A stretch of DNA of 54,877 bases, taken from positions 1-54,877 of the forward strand of contig JANMLN010000198.1 in assembly GCA_031372565.1 (NCBI GenBank). The letters are read 5' to 3'. Both the position numbers and the translations under genes were made by a program. The DNA comes from Gemmatimonadota bacterium. GTDB taxonomy: Bacteria; Gemmatimonadota; Gemmatimonadetes; Gemmatimonadales; Gemmatimonadaceae. Shown piece after piece: positions 1 through 9,293 of the stretch (positions are counted from its first letter, which is position 1; each line of letters starts with the position of its first letter). The notes beneath the pieces were generated by a model that was not told the DNA's origin, did not search any database, and saw nothing but the letters and a program-made list of their open reading frames with translations.

Positions 1-188
1 CCTCGCAGTTCGACGGCCTGGTGCAGGCGGGCGAGGTCTATCCGAATGGCGAGTCCCTGTACGACATCATCCGCCATCAGGCGGCGCACTATGGTTCCAT
101 GATCCGCACGCGTTACGGCGAGCCATTCTGGACAACCGAGACGATGCGCGTCGACGATGTGGCCACGCTCGGCGTGGCGACCTTTTGA
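1..188 (+). CDS. bshB1: 3' end of a PIG-L family deacetylase, probably bacillithiol biosynthesis deacetylase BshB1 (truncated by window edge)
   Basis: Frame from nt 3 reads SQFDGLVQAGEVYPNGESLYDIIRHQAAHYGSMIRTRYGEPFWTTETMRVDDVATLGVATF*. The SQF...G..I...YGEPF C-terminus is typical of BshB1/LmbE proteins. Confidence 0.6.
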   Translation, partial: SQFDGLVQAGEVYPNGESLYDIIRHQAAHYGSMIRTRYGEPFWTTETMRVDDVATLGVATF

Positions 189-222
189 ACGGGCGCATGC
201 GCGCCTCCTGGAGCGTGGTCCG

Positions 223-987
223 ATGAGCACTCACGACAGCATCGATGCGCCGATCACCTACGGCACCTACCTCCAGCTCGGCGAGCTCCTCAAGCTGCAG
301 GTGTTGCAGTCACAGCCGGGGCATCCGGACGAGTTGCTGTTCATCGTGGTGCACCAGTCGAGTGAACTCTGGTTCAAGGTGATCCTGCACGAACTCGACC
401 AGTTGATTGCGCACATGTCGGGCAACGATCCGCTCGGCGCGGTCAACACGCTCAAGCGGTTGAACGGGCTGGTCGCCATCGTGGCACAGTCGCTCACCGC
501 GCTCGACACGCTGCCGCCGCAGCGCTTCGCCGAGTTTCGCGGCTATCTCGGCACCTCCAGCGGATCGCAGAGCGAACAGTTCCGCGCGATCGAGGCCGCC
601 AGCGGACTGCGCGAACCGCACTTCATGCATGTGCTGAGCGAGCACGGCCCGATTCCCGAACTCGTGCAGCGCGCGCTCGCGCGCCCCACACTGCAGGCGC
701 TGTACGAGGGGATGCTGGCGCAGGCGGGCACGACGCTTGAAGCGGTGTACGCCGAAAAGGAGACGACGCCGTACTTCCTGCTCGCCGAGGAGCTGCTGGA
801 ATACGAGCAGGGGTTCGCGAAGTGGCGCTTCCTGCACGTGCAACTGGTGGAGCGGATCATCGGGCTGCTGACCGGTGGCACGGGCGGAACGCTGGGGGCC
901 AAGTACCTGCAGCGCACGGTGAGCACGCGGTTCTTTCCGGCGTTGTGGGCGGTGCGGAGTACGGTGTACGGGCCCGCGAAGGGGTGA
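223..987 (+). CDS. kynA: tryptophan 2,3-dioxygenase
   Basis: TYGTYLQL, HPDELLFIVVHQSSELWFK, FRGYLGTSSGSQSEQFR, VERIIG and GTGGT motifs of TDO. Start taken at ATG 223 (MSTHDS). Confidence 0.9.
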   Translation: MSTHDSIDAPITYGTYLQLGELLKLQVLQSQPGHPDELLFIVVHQSSELWFKVILHELDQLIAHMSGNDPLGAVNTLKRLNGLVAIVAQSLTALDTLPPQRFAEFRGYLGTSSGSQSEQFRAIEAASGLREPHFMHVLSEHGPIPELVQRALARPTLQALYEGMLAQAGTTLEAVYAEKETTPYFLLAEELLEYEQGFAKWRFLHVQLVERIIGLLTGGTGGTLGAKYLQRTVSTRFFPALWAVRSTVYGPAKG

Positions 988-1002
988 GCGGCGCGCGTCT
1001 GG

Positions 1003-1854
1003 TCAGCGGGCGCCGAACGCCACCGGGATGATGCCTGCGGCGCGCAGCGCCTCACGAAGTGCTGGTGAGGTGAGTGCGCGCACCTCGGCCTCGCGCTCCT
1101 CGAGGTAACCGTCGCGCGCGCGCAGGGCGTCGTCGACATGGCCCGGGTGCACCATCAACTCCGTGCGTCCCGGGGCCAGCGATTCGACGACGGCGCGCAC
1201 GTCCGCTGCAAAGGTCGGCGACCCCTGCAGCGAGATGCCGACAAAGTGGTCGGAGGTGCCGAATCCGGCTCGGTGCGCCGCCGCGCGGGAGGCGCCGCCG
1301 GCCATCGCGACACCGAGCAGTGCCTTGGAGAGCGTCGCCCGCGCTCGGCTCGCGTGCGCACGCAACGACTCGCGCGGTATGCGGATGGTCCGTACTCCGG
1401 CAGCGCGCATCGCCTCCACGACAGCGGGCCACACCACCGGATGCACGTGCGTGTGACGATGGCTGTCGAGGTGCGTGACCGGCACGCCGGCTGCACGCAG
1501 CCGCTGGAGCTGCGCCGCCACCTCCGCCTCGATCTCGCGATGCACGAGCGCCCCGGCGGTGGCGCGGGCCAGGAACGTCGCGAAGGGATGGAAGTCGCCC
1601 GTGGCCGCGTCGGTGAGCGACGGCGCCTGCGTGAGCGGGCGGCCGTCGATCAGGTTGAGATGCAACCCGAGACCGAGCGGTACGCTCGCACGTCCCGCCA
1701 TCGCGTCGTCGAAGCCCGGCGTGTTGACCATCACGCTCGCGCTCGACACGGTGCCGGCGGCTGCGCACTCGAAGATCCCGCGATTGACGCCGGGGGTGAA
1801 GCCGAGGTCGTCCGCGTTGATGACGAGCCGCCGCGCGCTAGACGTAGCGGCCAC
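1003..1854 (-). CDS. ChbG/HpnK (YdjC) family carbohydrate deacetylase
   Basis: LVINADDLG, GLHLNL, HLDSHRHTH and ELMVHPG motifs. GTG start overlaps the end of the upstream GT2. Confidence 0.85.
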   Translation of the reverse strand: MAATSSARRLVINADDLGFTPGVNRGIFECAAAGTVSSASVMVNTPGFDDAMAGRASVPLGLGLHLNLIDGRPLTQAPSLTDAATGDFHPFATFLARATAGALVHREIEAEVAAQLQRLRAAGVPVTHLDSHRHTHVHPVVWPAVVEAMRAAGVRTIRIPRESLRAHASRARATLSKALLGVAMAGGASRAAAHRAGFGTSDHFVGISLQGSPTFAADVRAVVESLAPGRTELMVHPGHVDDALRARDGYLEEREAEVRALTSPALREALRAAGIIPVAFGAR

Positions 1855-2593
1855 TCCACCCGCCCACGCGGATGTGCGCGATGTCCTTGAGCATCTGCAC
1901 GGAATCGCCGGCAAAGCTCATCGTCGTCGGCTCGCTGTCGTAGCGGAAGGTGATGGGGCACTGCTCCACGCGACCACCGTGCGTTTGCGCAATGAACAGT
2001 GCTTCGACGTCGAACCCGAAGCGATCGATGGTGAGGCGCGGGAAGACGGTCTCGGCCATCTTCGCGGTGAACCCCTTGAGTCCCGCCTGTGTGTCGAGCA
2101 CGTCGCGCAACAGCACGAGCCGCACGATCCGGTTGAAGATCCGGCTCATGACGTGGCGCGTGTAGATGTAGTTCAGGAAGCCGACGTTCATGATGTACGT
2201 GGAGTCGGGATGCACGCGACACGCGATGGCGGCATCGGCGCCCGATTCCAGCGCCTTGAGAATCACGAGGATCTCGGACGGCGGGTACGCCAGGTCGACA
2301 TCCGTGAAGATGCGATAGGCCCCTCGGGCCGCGAGCATCCCCCGTGCGACCGAGGCGCCCTTCCCCTTGTTGGGCTCGTTGCGGAGCAACGTGACGCCGG
2401 GCTCCGCGGCAGCGAACTCGCGCAGGATGCGCGCCGCCGCGGGGTCGGGGGAGCAGTCGTCGACAATGAGGAGCTCCCAGGTGAAGGGGAGCGCATGGCA
2501 GAACGCCTTGAGGTCGCGGAGCGACGCCGGCAGGCGGTCGGCGTTGTTGTAGCTCGGGACGATGACCGAGAGATGCGGCGCGGAGTCGCTCAT
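1838..2593 (-). CDS. GT2 polyprenyl-phosphate glycosyltransferase (dolichyl-P beta-glucosyltransferase-like)
   Basis: LSVIVPSYN, IVDDCSPD, NKGKGASV, FTDVDL, DTQAGLKGF and FGFDVEAL motifs. Confidence 0.85.
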   Translation of the reverse strand: MSDSAPHLSVIVPSYNNADRLPASLRDLKAFCHALPFTWELLIVDDCSPDPAAARILREFAAAEPGVTLLRNEPNKGKGASVARGMLAARGAYRIFTDVDLAYPPSEILVILKALESGADAAIACRVHPDSTYIMNVGFLNYIYTRHVMSRIFNRIVRLVLLRDVLDTQAGLKGFTAKMAETVFPRLTIDRFGFDVEALFIAQTHGGRVEQCPITFRYDSEPTTMSFAGDSVQMLKDIAHIRVGGWSGRYV

Positions 2594-2672
2594 TGTGCTG
2601 GGAGGAATCCTAGCGCCCTCCGGGGGTCCCAGCCACCTCACGTCCCGCGCTCGGCGCGACTAATTTGACTCC

Positions 2673-3830
2673 ATGCCGGATCCCCTGTACTTCGACCACG
2701 CGGCGACGACGCCCGTGCGCGCGGAGGTCGTCGACGCGATGACCCCCTTCCTCGGGCCGCGCTTCGGCAACCCGAGCAGTACGCATCGGTGGGGACGCGA
2801 GGCCCGCGCCGCGCTTGACGAAGCGCGCGAGCGCTTGGCGCGCGCCCTCGGCGCGATGACCGACGAGATCTGCTTCACCTCCGGCGGGACCGAAGCCGAC
2901 AATCTGGCCGTCCTGGGCGCGTTCCACGCCATGGCGCCCAAGGGGCGCACCGCGGTCGTCACCACCCCGGTTGAGCACAAGGCGGTGCTGGCGGCGGCCC
3001 ATCAGGTGGCGCGCGAGGGCGGATCGGAGCGGCTGCTGCGCATGATGCCGTCGGGCCAGGTCGATGCCGCGAGCTACGCCGAGGCGATGCGCGATGACGT
3101 GGCGGTCGTGTCGGTCATGTGGGTGAACAACGAGATCGGGTCGATCCAGCCGATACCCGCGCTGGCGCAGCAGGCGAAGGCCGCGGGCGCACTCTTCCAT
3201 ACCGACGGCGTGCAGGCGTTCGGGAAGGTCGAAGTGAACATGGGACAGCTGGCCGTCGACTATCTCACCATCTCCGGGCACAAGATCGGCGCGCCCAAGG
3301 GTTCCGGCGCGTTGTTCATCCGCCGCGGGGCGCCGCTCGAGCCGCTGTTTCATGGTGGCACGCAGGATCGCGGCCGTCGGCCCGGCACCGAGAATGTGGC
3401 GTTCGCCGTGGGGCTCGCGGTGGCCGCGGAACTCACGCTCGCGGAGCGCGAGAGCGAGCATGCACGGCTGGGGGCCATGCGTGACCGGCTCGAGGCCGCC
3501 CTGACAGCGGCCGTGCCGGACCTGGTGGTACACGGCGCGGGCGGTCCGCGTGCAGTGCACGTCCTCAATGTGTCGGCCCCGGGCACCGATGCCGAATCGA
3601 TGCTGATGGCGCTCGACTTGGCGGGAATTGCCGCGTCCGGCGGCTCGGCCTGTCAGTCCGGGAGCGTCGAGCCTTCGCATGTGCTGAGTGCGCTCGGCGT
3701 GTCGGCCGAGATCGCCGCAGCTGCCGTGCGACTCTCGCTGGGGGTGCTGACCGATGACGCCGCCATTGATCGGGTGGCGGAGGTCTTCCCGCGCCTGGTC
3801 GCGAAGGCGCGCGGGCTGGCGGTGGTCTGA
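2673..3830 (+). CDS. iscS: cysteine desulfurase (IscS/NifS group I)
   Basis: YFDHAATTP, GNPSS, FTSGGTEADN, HTDGVQ, SGHKIGAPKG (PLP Lys) and SGGSAC (catalytic Cys). Confidence 0.92.
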   Translation: MPDPLYFDHAATTPVRAEVVDAMTPFLGPRFGNPSSTHRWGREARAALDEARERLARALGAMTDEICFTSGGTEADNLAVLGAFHAMAPKGRTAVVTTPVEHKAVLAAAHQVAREGGSERLLRMMPSGQVDAASYAEAMRDDVAVVSVMWVNNEIGSIQPIPALAQQAKAAGALFHTDGVQAFGKVEVNMGQLAVDYLTISGHKIGAPKGSGALFIRRGAPLEPLFHGGTQDRGRRPGTENVAFAVGLAVAAELTLAERESEHARLGAMRDRLEAALTAAVPDLVVHGAGGPRAVHVLNVSAPGTDAESMLMALDLAGIAASGGSACQSGSVEPSHVLSALGVSAEIAAAAVRLSLGVLTDDAAIDRVAEVFPRLVAKARGLAVV

Positions 3831-3840
3831 GGGACGTGAC

Positions 3841-4971
3841 ATGAGCGGGGCGCGCACCACGGGCCCACGTCCCGGAGACCGCGTGCTCGTGGCGATGTCG
3901 GGCGGCGTCGACTCGTCGGTGAGCGCCGCGCTGCTCAAGCGGGAGGGCTATGACGTGGTGGGCGCCACGATGAAGCTCTATCACGACGGCGTTGATGTGC
4001 CCGATCGTCCGTGCTGCAGCCTCGATTCGGTGAACGATGCGCGACGCGTGTGCGAGCGCATCGGCGTGCCGCATTACGTGCTCAACATGCAGGCGCCGTT
4101 CGAGCGTGACGTGATGGACGACTTCGTGGCCGAGTATGCGCGCGGGCGCACCCCGATTCCGTGCGTGCGGTGCAACACGTTCACCAAGTTCCGCGATCTG
4201 GTCGCGACGGCGGACAAGATCGAGGCGCCCTGGATCGCGACGGGTCACTATGCGCGCATCGTCGGCGGCCAGCTGCATGTGGGACAGGACCCGGCCAAGG
4301 ACCAGAGCTATTTCCTGTGGGGGATCCAGCGCGAGATGCTCGCGCGCATGATTCTTCCGGTCGGGGACCGCACCAAGGCGGAGACGCGCGCGGTCGCGCG
4401 CGACCTCGGGTTGCGCATGGTGGCCAACAAGCCCGAAAGCCAGGACATCTGCTTCGTGCCCGACGGGAATCATGCCGAGATCGTGGCGTCGAGGCTCGGC
4501 GCCGACCACGCCGCGTTGCAGCCGGGGCCGCTCGTGCTCGAGGATGGTCGCCGTGCCGGGACGCATGACGGCTTCGTGCACTTCACCGTGGGGCAGCGCA
4601 AGGGACTGCCATCGGGCTTCGCGGAGCCGATGTTCGTGTTGGCGATCGACGCAGCGACGCGCACGGTGGTCATCGGGCCGCGCTCGGCGCTGACGGGGCA
4701 CGGCGTCGTGGCGCGCGAGGTGAACTGGCTCGGGCCGTGCCCACCGGTCGGGACCGTGTTCGGGGCGCGCGTCCGGCATCGCGCGCCACTGGTGCCCGCG
4801 ACCCTCGTGCGAGACGATGACGACGAGATCGAGCTGTCGCTCGCGAGCGGCGTGCAGGCGATCGCGCCCGGGCAGTCGGTGGCGTTGTACGACGGCGAGG
4901 CGCTGGTCGGTGGCGGCGTGATCGAGGTGGGGGTCCGCGCCAGGCGCGCGCTGCCGGTGATCGCCGCGTAG
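3841..4971 (+). CDS. mnmA: tRNA 2-thiouridine(34) synthase MnmA
   Basis: AMSGGVDSS PP-loop, TPIPCVRCN, ATGHYA, KDQSYFL, ESQDICF, TVGQRKGL and APGQ motifs. Confidence 0.95.
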   Translation: MSGARTTGPRPGDRVLVAMSGGVDSSVSAALLKREGYDVVGATMKLYHDGVDVPDRPCCSLDSVNDARRVCERIGVPHYVLNMQAPFERDVMDDFVAEYARGRTPIPCVRCNTFTKFRDLVATADKIEAPWIATGHYARIVGGQLHVGQDPAKDQSYFLWGIQREMLARMILPVGDRTKAETRAVARDLGLRMVANKPESQDICFVPDGNHAEIVASRLGADHAALQPGPLVLEDGRRAGTHDGFVHFTVGQRKGLPSGFAEPMFVLAIDAATRTVVIGPRSALTGHGVVAREVNWLGPCPPVGTVFGARVRHRAPLVPATLVRDDDDEIELSLASGVQAIAPGQSVALYDGEALVGGGVIEVGVRARRALPVIAA

Positions 4972-5016
4972 CCGCTCGATCGCTGGACGGCGCGCTGCGT
5001 CGTGATCGGCGCGATC

Positions 5017-5052
5017 CGTCCCGATCGTCCGCTCCCTCGTCCCGCTTGTCCC
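5017..5052 (+). promoter_or_regulatory. putative LytTR-family operator (direct repeat with 21-bp period) upstream of the PQQ dehydrogenase
   Basis: CGTCCCGATCGTCC (5017-5030) and CGTCCCGCTTGTCC (5038-5051) are 12/14 identical and 21 bp apart. A LytS/LytTR pair is adjacent. Confidence 0.55.
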
Positions 5053-5115
5053 TGATCGCGCGCGCTTTCGCCATGCGAGCCGTAGGCTGCGGTGAGCCTC
5101 TCACCGGACCTGCCG

Positions 5116-7128
5116 ATGCTGTGTCGTCCCCGTTTCCTCGCGCGTGCGTGTGCGTCCGCGCTGTGCGTTCTTGCGTCGACTGCCGCGCTCGAGGCGCAGG
5201 GTACCGTGCGCCCGACGCTCGCCGCGCCCGCAGCCGCGACGACTGACGTCAGCTGGCCCGCCTACGGCAACGACGTTGGCGGCACACGGTACTCGCCACT
5301 CGCGGACATCACGCGCGAGAACGTGGGACGGCTGCGGCTTGCGTGGCAGGTGAGCACCAAGGACCTGGAGCACAAGATGAAGGACGAGGGGCCTCGTGAG
5401 GGCTGCGCGAAGTGCCATACGGGCGCGACCAAGTTCGAGGCAACCCCGCTGGTGGTCGACGGCGTGCTCTACGTGTCGACACCGCTCAATCGCGTCGTGG
5501 CCATGGACCCGTCCACGGGACGCCAACGCTGGCGCTTCGATCCCAAGCTCACGCTCACCATCGAGCGCAACGAGGGGTTCGTGTCTCGGGGCGTGGCGCT
5601 CTGGCGTGATGTGCGAACGTCGGGGGCTGCAGCGGCGATCGCATGCCGCAAGCGCGTCTTCTTCGCGACCGTGGACGCGCGGCTGTTCGCGCTCGATGCG
5701 AACGACGGACGTCCCTGCGCCACCTTCGGTACCGACGGCATGGTGCGCCTCGATCAGGGGGTCGGGCCGGTGCAGGTCGGTCAGTACGGCGTCACGTCGC
5801 CGCCGGTGGTGATCGGTGACATCGTGATCGTCGGATCGGCGATTGGCGACAACCGGATGGTGGCGATGGAACATGGGACCGTGCGCGCATACGACGCGCG
5901 CTCGGGCGCGCTGCGATGGGCGTGGGACCCGATCCCGCGCACCGCGGGTACGCCCGGCTACGAGACGTGGACGCCCGACGGCGCGCGCAAGACGGGTGCG
6001 GCCAACGCGTGGGCGCCGCTGTCGGTGGATTCGGCGCGCGGCCTCGTCTTCGTCCCCACCGGCTCGGCGAGCCCGGACTTCTTTGGCGGCGAGCGGCCGG
6101 GTGACAATCTGTTTGCCAACTGCGTGGTGGCATTGGACGCGACGACGGGCGCGGTGCGCTGGCACTTTCAGGTGGTGCACCACGATCTGTGGGACTACGA
6201 CGTGGCGTCGCAACCGACGCTCATCGACCTCAAGCGGAACGGTCACGTGACGGCTGCCGTGGTGGTGGCCACCAAGATGGGCTTCGTGTACGTGCTTGAT
6301 CGCGATACGGGGAAGCCGCTCTTCCCGGTGGAGGAGCGCCGCGTTCCGGGAAGCACGGTAGTCGGCGAGCGCACGTCGCCCACGCAACCCTTCCCGACGC
6401 TCGCGGCCTTCCGTTTGCATCCGACCGCAGCACTCACCGAAGCGGACCTGTGGGCGCCGACATCCGAGGCGCGGGCGCAGTGCGTGCAGCAGTTCCGGGG
6501 CTTCCGCAACGAGGGGATCTTCACACCACCCTCGCTGCAAGGGACGCTGGAGTATCCCTTCTATGGCGGCGGCGTGAACTGGGGCGGCGTGACGTTCGAT
6601 CCGGTGCGACAATTGCTCGTCGTCAACTCGATGCGCCTGCCCGCATGGGTCAAGCTCCGCGCGCGCGTGCCTGGCGAGAAGGGAGGCAACATGCGCGGGA
6701 CGCCGTACGTCATGGATCGCGCCGTGTGGGTGAGTGCGGCCGGTACGCCGTGCGTGAAGGGCCCGTGGGGCATGATCACGGCGATCGACCTTGCCACCGG
6801 CACCACGAAGTGGGAGCACCCACTCGGTCGCGAACCGAAGGCGCCCGAGGGCGATGCGGCGGCGGCGTGGGGGACGCCCAACGTTGGCGGTTCGCTCGCC
6901 ACGGCGGGCGGTCTCGTGTTCATCTCGGCGGCGCGCGACGAGATGCTGCGTGCCTTCGATATCGAAACGGGACGCGAACTGTGGAAGGTGAAGTTGCCCG
7001 CCGGAGGACAAGCGACGCCGATGACGTTCCGGATCGGCGGCAAGCAGTACGTGGTGATCGCGGCCGGCGGCCACGGCGACTACGGCACGGGGCTGTCGGA
7101 TCAGGTCGTGGCGTATGCGCTGCCCTAA
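5116..7128 (+). CDS. secreted PQQ-dependent dehydrogenase (glucose/quinate/shikimate-type, lacking N-terminal TM bundle) with a CxxCH loop
   Basis: Signal peptide, WPAYGND.GGTRYSPL..I...NV, FEATPL, SRGVALW, HHDLWDYD, GGVNWGG and GQATPMTF...GKQYVVIAAGG. Alternative GTG start at 5092. Confidence 0.88.
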   Translation: MLCRPRFLARACASALCVLASTAALEAQGTVRPTLAAPAAATTDVSWPAYGNDVGGTRYSPLADITRENVGRLRLAWQVSTKDLEHKMKDEGPREGCAKCHTGATKFEATPLVVDGVLYVSTPLNRVVAMDPSTGRQRWRFDPKLTLTIERNEGFVSRGVALWRDVRTSGAAAAIACRKRVFFATVDARLFALDANDGRPCATFGTDGMVRLDQGVGPVQVGQYGVTSPPVVIGDIVIVGSAIGDNRMVAMEHGTVRAYDARSGALRWAWDPIPRTAGTPGYETWTPDGARKTGAANAWAPLSVDSARGLVFVPTGSASPDFFGGERPGDNLFANCVVALDATTGAVRWHFQVVHHDLWDYDVASQPTLIDLKRNGHVTAAVVVATKMGFVYVLDRDTGKPLFPVEERRVPGSTVVGERTSPTQPFPTLAAFRLHPTAALTEADLWAPTSEARAQCVQQFRGFRNEGIFTPPSLQGTLEYPFYGGGVNWGGVTFDPVRQLLVVNSMRLPAWVKLRARVPGEKGGNMRGTPYVMDRAVWVSAAGTPCVKGPWGMITAIDLATGTTKWEHPLGREPKAPEGDAAAAWGTPNVGGSLATAGGLVFISAARDEMLRAFDIETGRELWKVKLPAGGQATPMTFRIGGKQYVVIAAGGHGDYGTGLSDQVVAYALP

Positions 7129-7931
7129 GGCTCCGGCGACTGCGCGCGTGCCAGCTCGAACTGGGCCGCATCGCGCGCGCGGTACCGGCGGCTCCACAGG
7201 AGCGCGATGCCCGGCAGCTCGATGCGATAGTCGCCGTGCGACCACGCCGCGAGGCGCGTGATCGCGGAGAGACGCACGATGTCGGACCGGTTGACGCGCA
7301 GGAACTGGGTCGGGTCGAGGCGTTCCTCGAGGGCGACAATCGTGCCGCGCACGCGGAACTCGCCCGCAGCGGTGCGGAGCGTGACGTAGTTGCGCTGTGC
7401 ACGCGCGAGGATGACATCATCGACGCTGACGAGTGCGACACCGCCCTGCGTGTCCTGTGCCAACAGCCGTTGCAGCGGACGTGCCTGCTCCGCGGCGAGG
7501 GCCGCCACTCCGGCGTGCCGTGCACGACGATCGGCCGCCGTTGCGTCCCGCAACTGCCGAGCGCGCGTCATCGCGGCACGCAGTCGCGCCGGCTCGACGG
7601 GCTTGAGCAGGTAGTCGACAGCCCGCACGTCGAAGGCGCGTACGGCGTGTTCGTCGAACGCGGTCACGAAGATCACGGGCGGCATGAGGTTGCCAAGCGC
7701 TTCGATCACCTCGAAGCCGTCCAACCCCGGCATGCGGACGTCGAGCAGGACGAGATCGGGCTTGAGCGCGCCAACCTGCGCGACGGCACTCGGGCCATCA
7801 TCGGCCTCGCCGACCACCTCGACGCTGGTGTCCGCGGCCAGCAAGGTCGCGAGTCGCCGGCGCGCGGGGGCTTCGTCATCTACGATGAGCACGCGGAGCG
7901 GCGCGTCGGGTTCGCGCGGGGGACGCGTCAC
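7125..7931 (-). CDS. LytTR-family response regulator
   Basis: REC domain (IVDDE, LLDVRMP, FVTAFDEHAVRAF, DYLLKP) plus LytTR domain (FLRVNRSDIV, WSRRY). Confidence 0.92.
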   Translation of the reverse strand: MTRPPREPDAPLRVLIVDDEAPARRRLATLLAADTSVEVVGEADDGPSAVAQVGALKPDLVLLDVRMPGLDGFEVIEALGNLMPPVIFVTAFDEHAVRAFDVRAVDYLLKPVEPARLRAAMTRARQLRDATAADRRARHAGVAALAAEQARPLQRLLAQDTQGGVALVSVDDVILARAQRNYVTLRTAAGEFRVRGTIVALEERLDPTQFLRVNRSDIVRLSAITRLAAWSHGDYRIELPGIALLWSRRYRARDAAQFELARAQSPEP

Positions 7932-9079
7932 GAGCGCACCGTGGTGGCTGCGACGCGCGCGTCCGCCGCGCGCGTGGCTTCGCGTGCCGGCATCACGATC
8001 GCGACCTCGAAGCCGCCCGGCACATTGCCCACGCGCACCTGCTGCGCTTCACCGTAGAGCAGGCGGAGCCGCTGGATCGTGGCCGAGAGTCCGGTGCCCG
8101 TGTCGAGCGGATCGCGGCCCGGGCTGAGGCCGGGGCCATCGTCGTGGACGACGATGCGAAGCGTGCCGTCGCGACGCGTGATGGTGACCTGCACGCGCGC
8201 CGTGCCCGTACGCTCCAGTCCACCATGTCGGATCGCGTTCTCGACCAGGGGCTGCAGGAGCAGCGAGGGGACCTCGCAGCCGAGTGCCGCCGGTTCGACC
8301 TCCGTCACGATCGTGAGGCGCTGCTCGAAGCGCGCGTGCAGGAGCGCGACATAGTGCTCGAGCACCTCGAGCTCCTCGGTGAGCGGCACCTCCTGCGCAT
8401 CGGCGGTACGGACCGCCGACCGAAGCAGCGACGCGAGGTGCGTGAGCTGTTCGTCCGCCGCTGACACATTCTCGTACATCGTGGCCGAGATCGTGTTGAG
8501 GGCATTGAAGAGAAAGTGCGGCTCGAGGCGCAGGCGCAGCGCGCGCAGGTCGGCCTCGATCAGCGAACGTTCGAGGATCGCCGACCGGCGGTCGCGCTCC
8601 CGGCGTGCGAAGGCAGCGTCCACAGCCGTGAAGACGCCGACGATGGCAATCACATGCACGAGGTCGGTCGCCCCTTCGTAGACGTAGCGTGCTGCGCCGA
8701 TGTCGACCGAGTACTGGGTGTACCCGATCGCGGGTCCCAGCGCGGCGCGCAGCTGCACCAGCAGCCAGGTGTGCGCGAGCGAGATCGGCACGAACGTGCC
8801 ACCGATGGCCAGCAGCGACTGCTGCCATGTACCGCCGCTGAGCGGCAGGCGCTGGAGTAGCCACGCGAGGAAGCAGACCGGGAGCACGCCGACGACGGTT
8901 CCGGTGACTTCGTCGAAGAGGCGCGGCCCCAGGCGGCCACTGCCCTCCGCGAGCTCGAAGGCGACCACGAAGGTCAGGCGGATGGCGAACAGGAGACCGA
9001 GCGCGACGGCGGCCCCCCACCACATCCAGCGGCGGTCGGGTTCGCCGGTCATCACGGACGCACGGGGCACGGATTCCAT
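7928..9079 (-). CDS. LytS/YehU-type membrane sensor histidine kinase
   Basis: Several N-terminal TM helices, LEPHFLFNALNTI H-box, LLLQPLVENAIRHG, DDGPG and GTGL. Confidence 0.9.
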   Translation of the reverse strand: MESVPRASVMTGEPDRRWMWWGAAVALGLLFAIRLTFVVAFELAEGSGRLGPRLFDEVTGTVVGVLPVCFLAWLLQRLPLSGGTWQQSLLAIGGTFVPISLAHTWLLVQLRAALGPAIGYTQYSVDIGAARYVYEGATDLVHVIAIVGVFTAVDAAFARRERDRRSAILERSLIEADLRALRLRLEPHFLFNALNTISATMYENVSAADEQLTHLASLLRSAVRTADAQEVPLTEELEVLEHYVALLHARFEQRLTIVTEVEPAALGCEVPSLLLQPLVENAIRHGGLERTGTARVQVTITRRDGTLRIVVHDDGPGLSPGRDPLDTGTGLSATIQRLRLLYGEAQQVRVGNVPGGFEVAIVMPAREATRAADARVAATTVRS

Positions 9080-9131
9080 GACCTCAATATGCGCATGTCG
9101 CGAGATGGAATGCGACCGCCGAGGACCGTGC

Positions 9132-9162
9132 GGGACAGGCGGGACGATCCCGGGACGAGTGG
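9132..9162 (-). promoter_or_regulatory. putative LytTR operator upstream of the kinase/regulator operon
   Basis: Minus-strand TCGTCCCGCCTGTCCC (9147-9132) is 15/16 identical to TCGTCCCGCTTGTCCC at 5037-5052. A second box, CCACTCGTCCC, lies ~20 bp upstream. Confidence 0.5.
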
Positions 9163-9293
9163 CGCCCATGCGGACGCGCGATGATGTAACGGTGGACGCA
9201 CCCCGCCATGCTGTTACGAGCCAGCGCTTCAGGCTCGCCGATACTGGCCCGGTAGCCCCGCACGACTCGCGCTATCGACCGGAGAACCGCCCG

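Noticed and set aside
6178..6204. WDYD motif as a sign of lanthanide dependence in the PQQ enzyme
   Set aside because: D-x-D is diagnostic only in the XoxF/ExaF alcohol dehydrogenase clade. Glucose/quinate-type enzymes have HHDLWDxD regardless.
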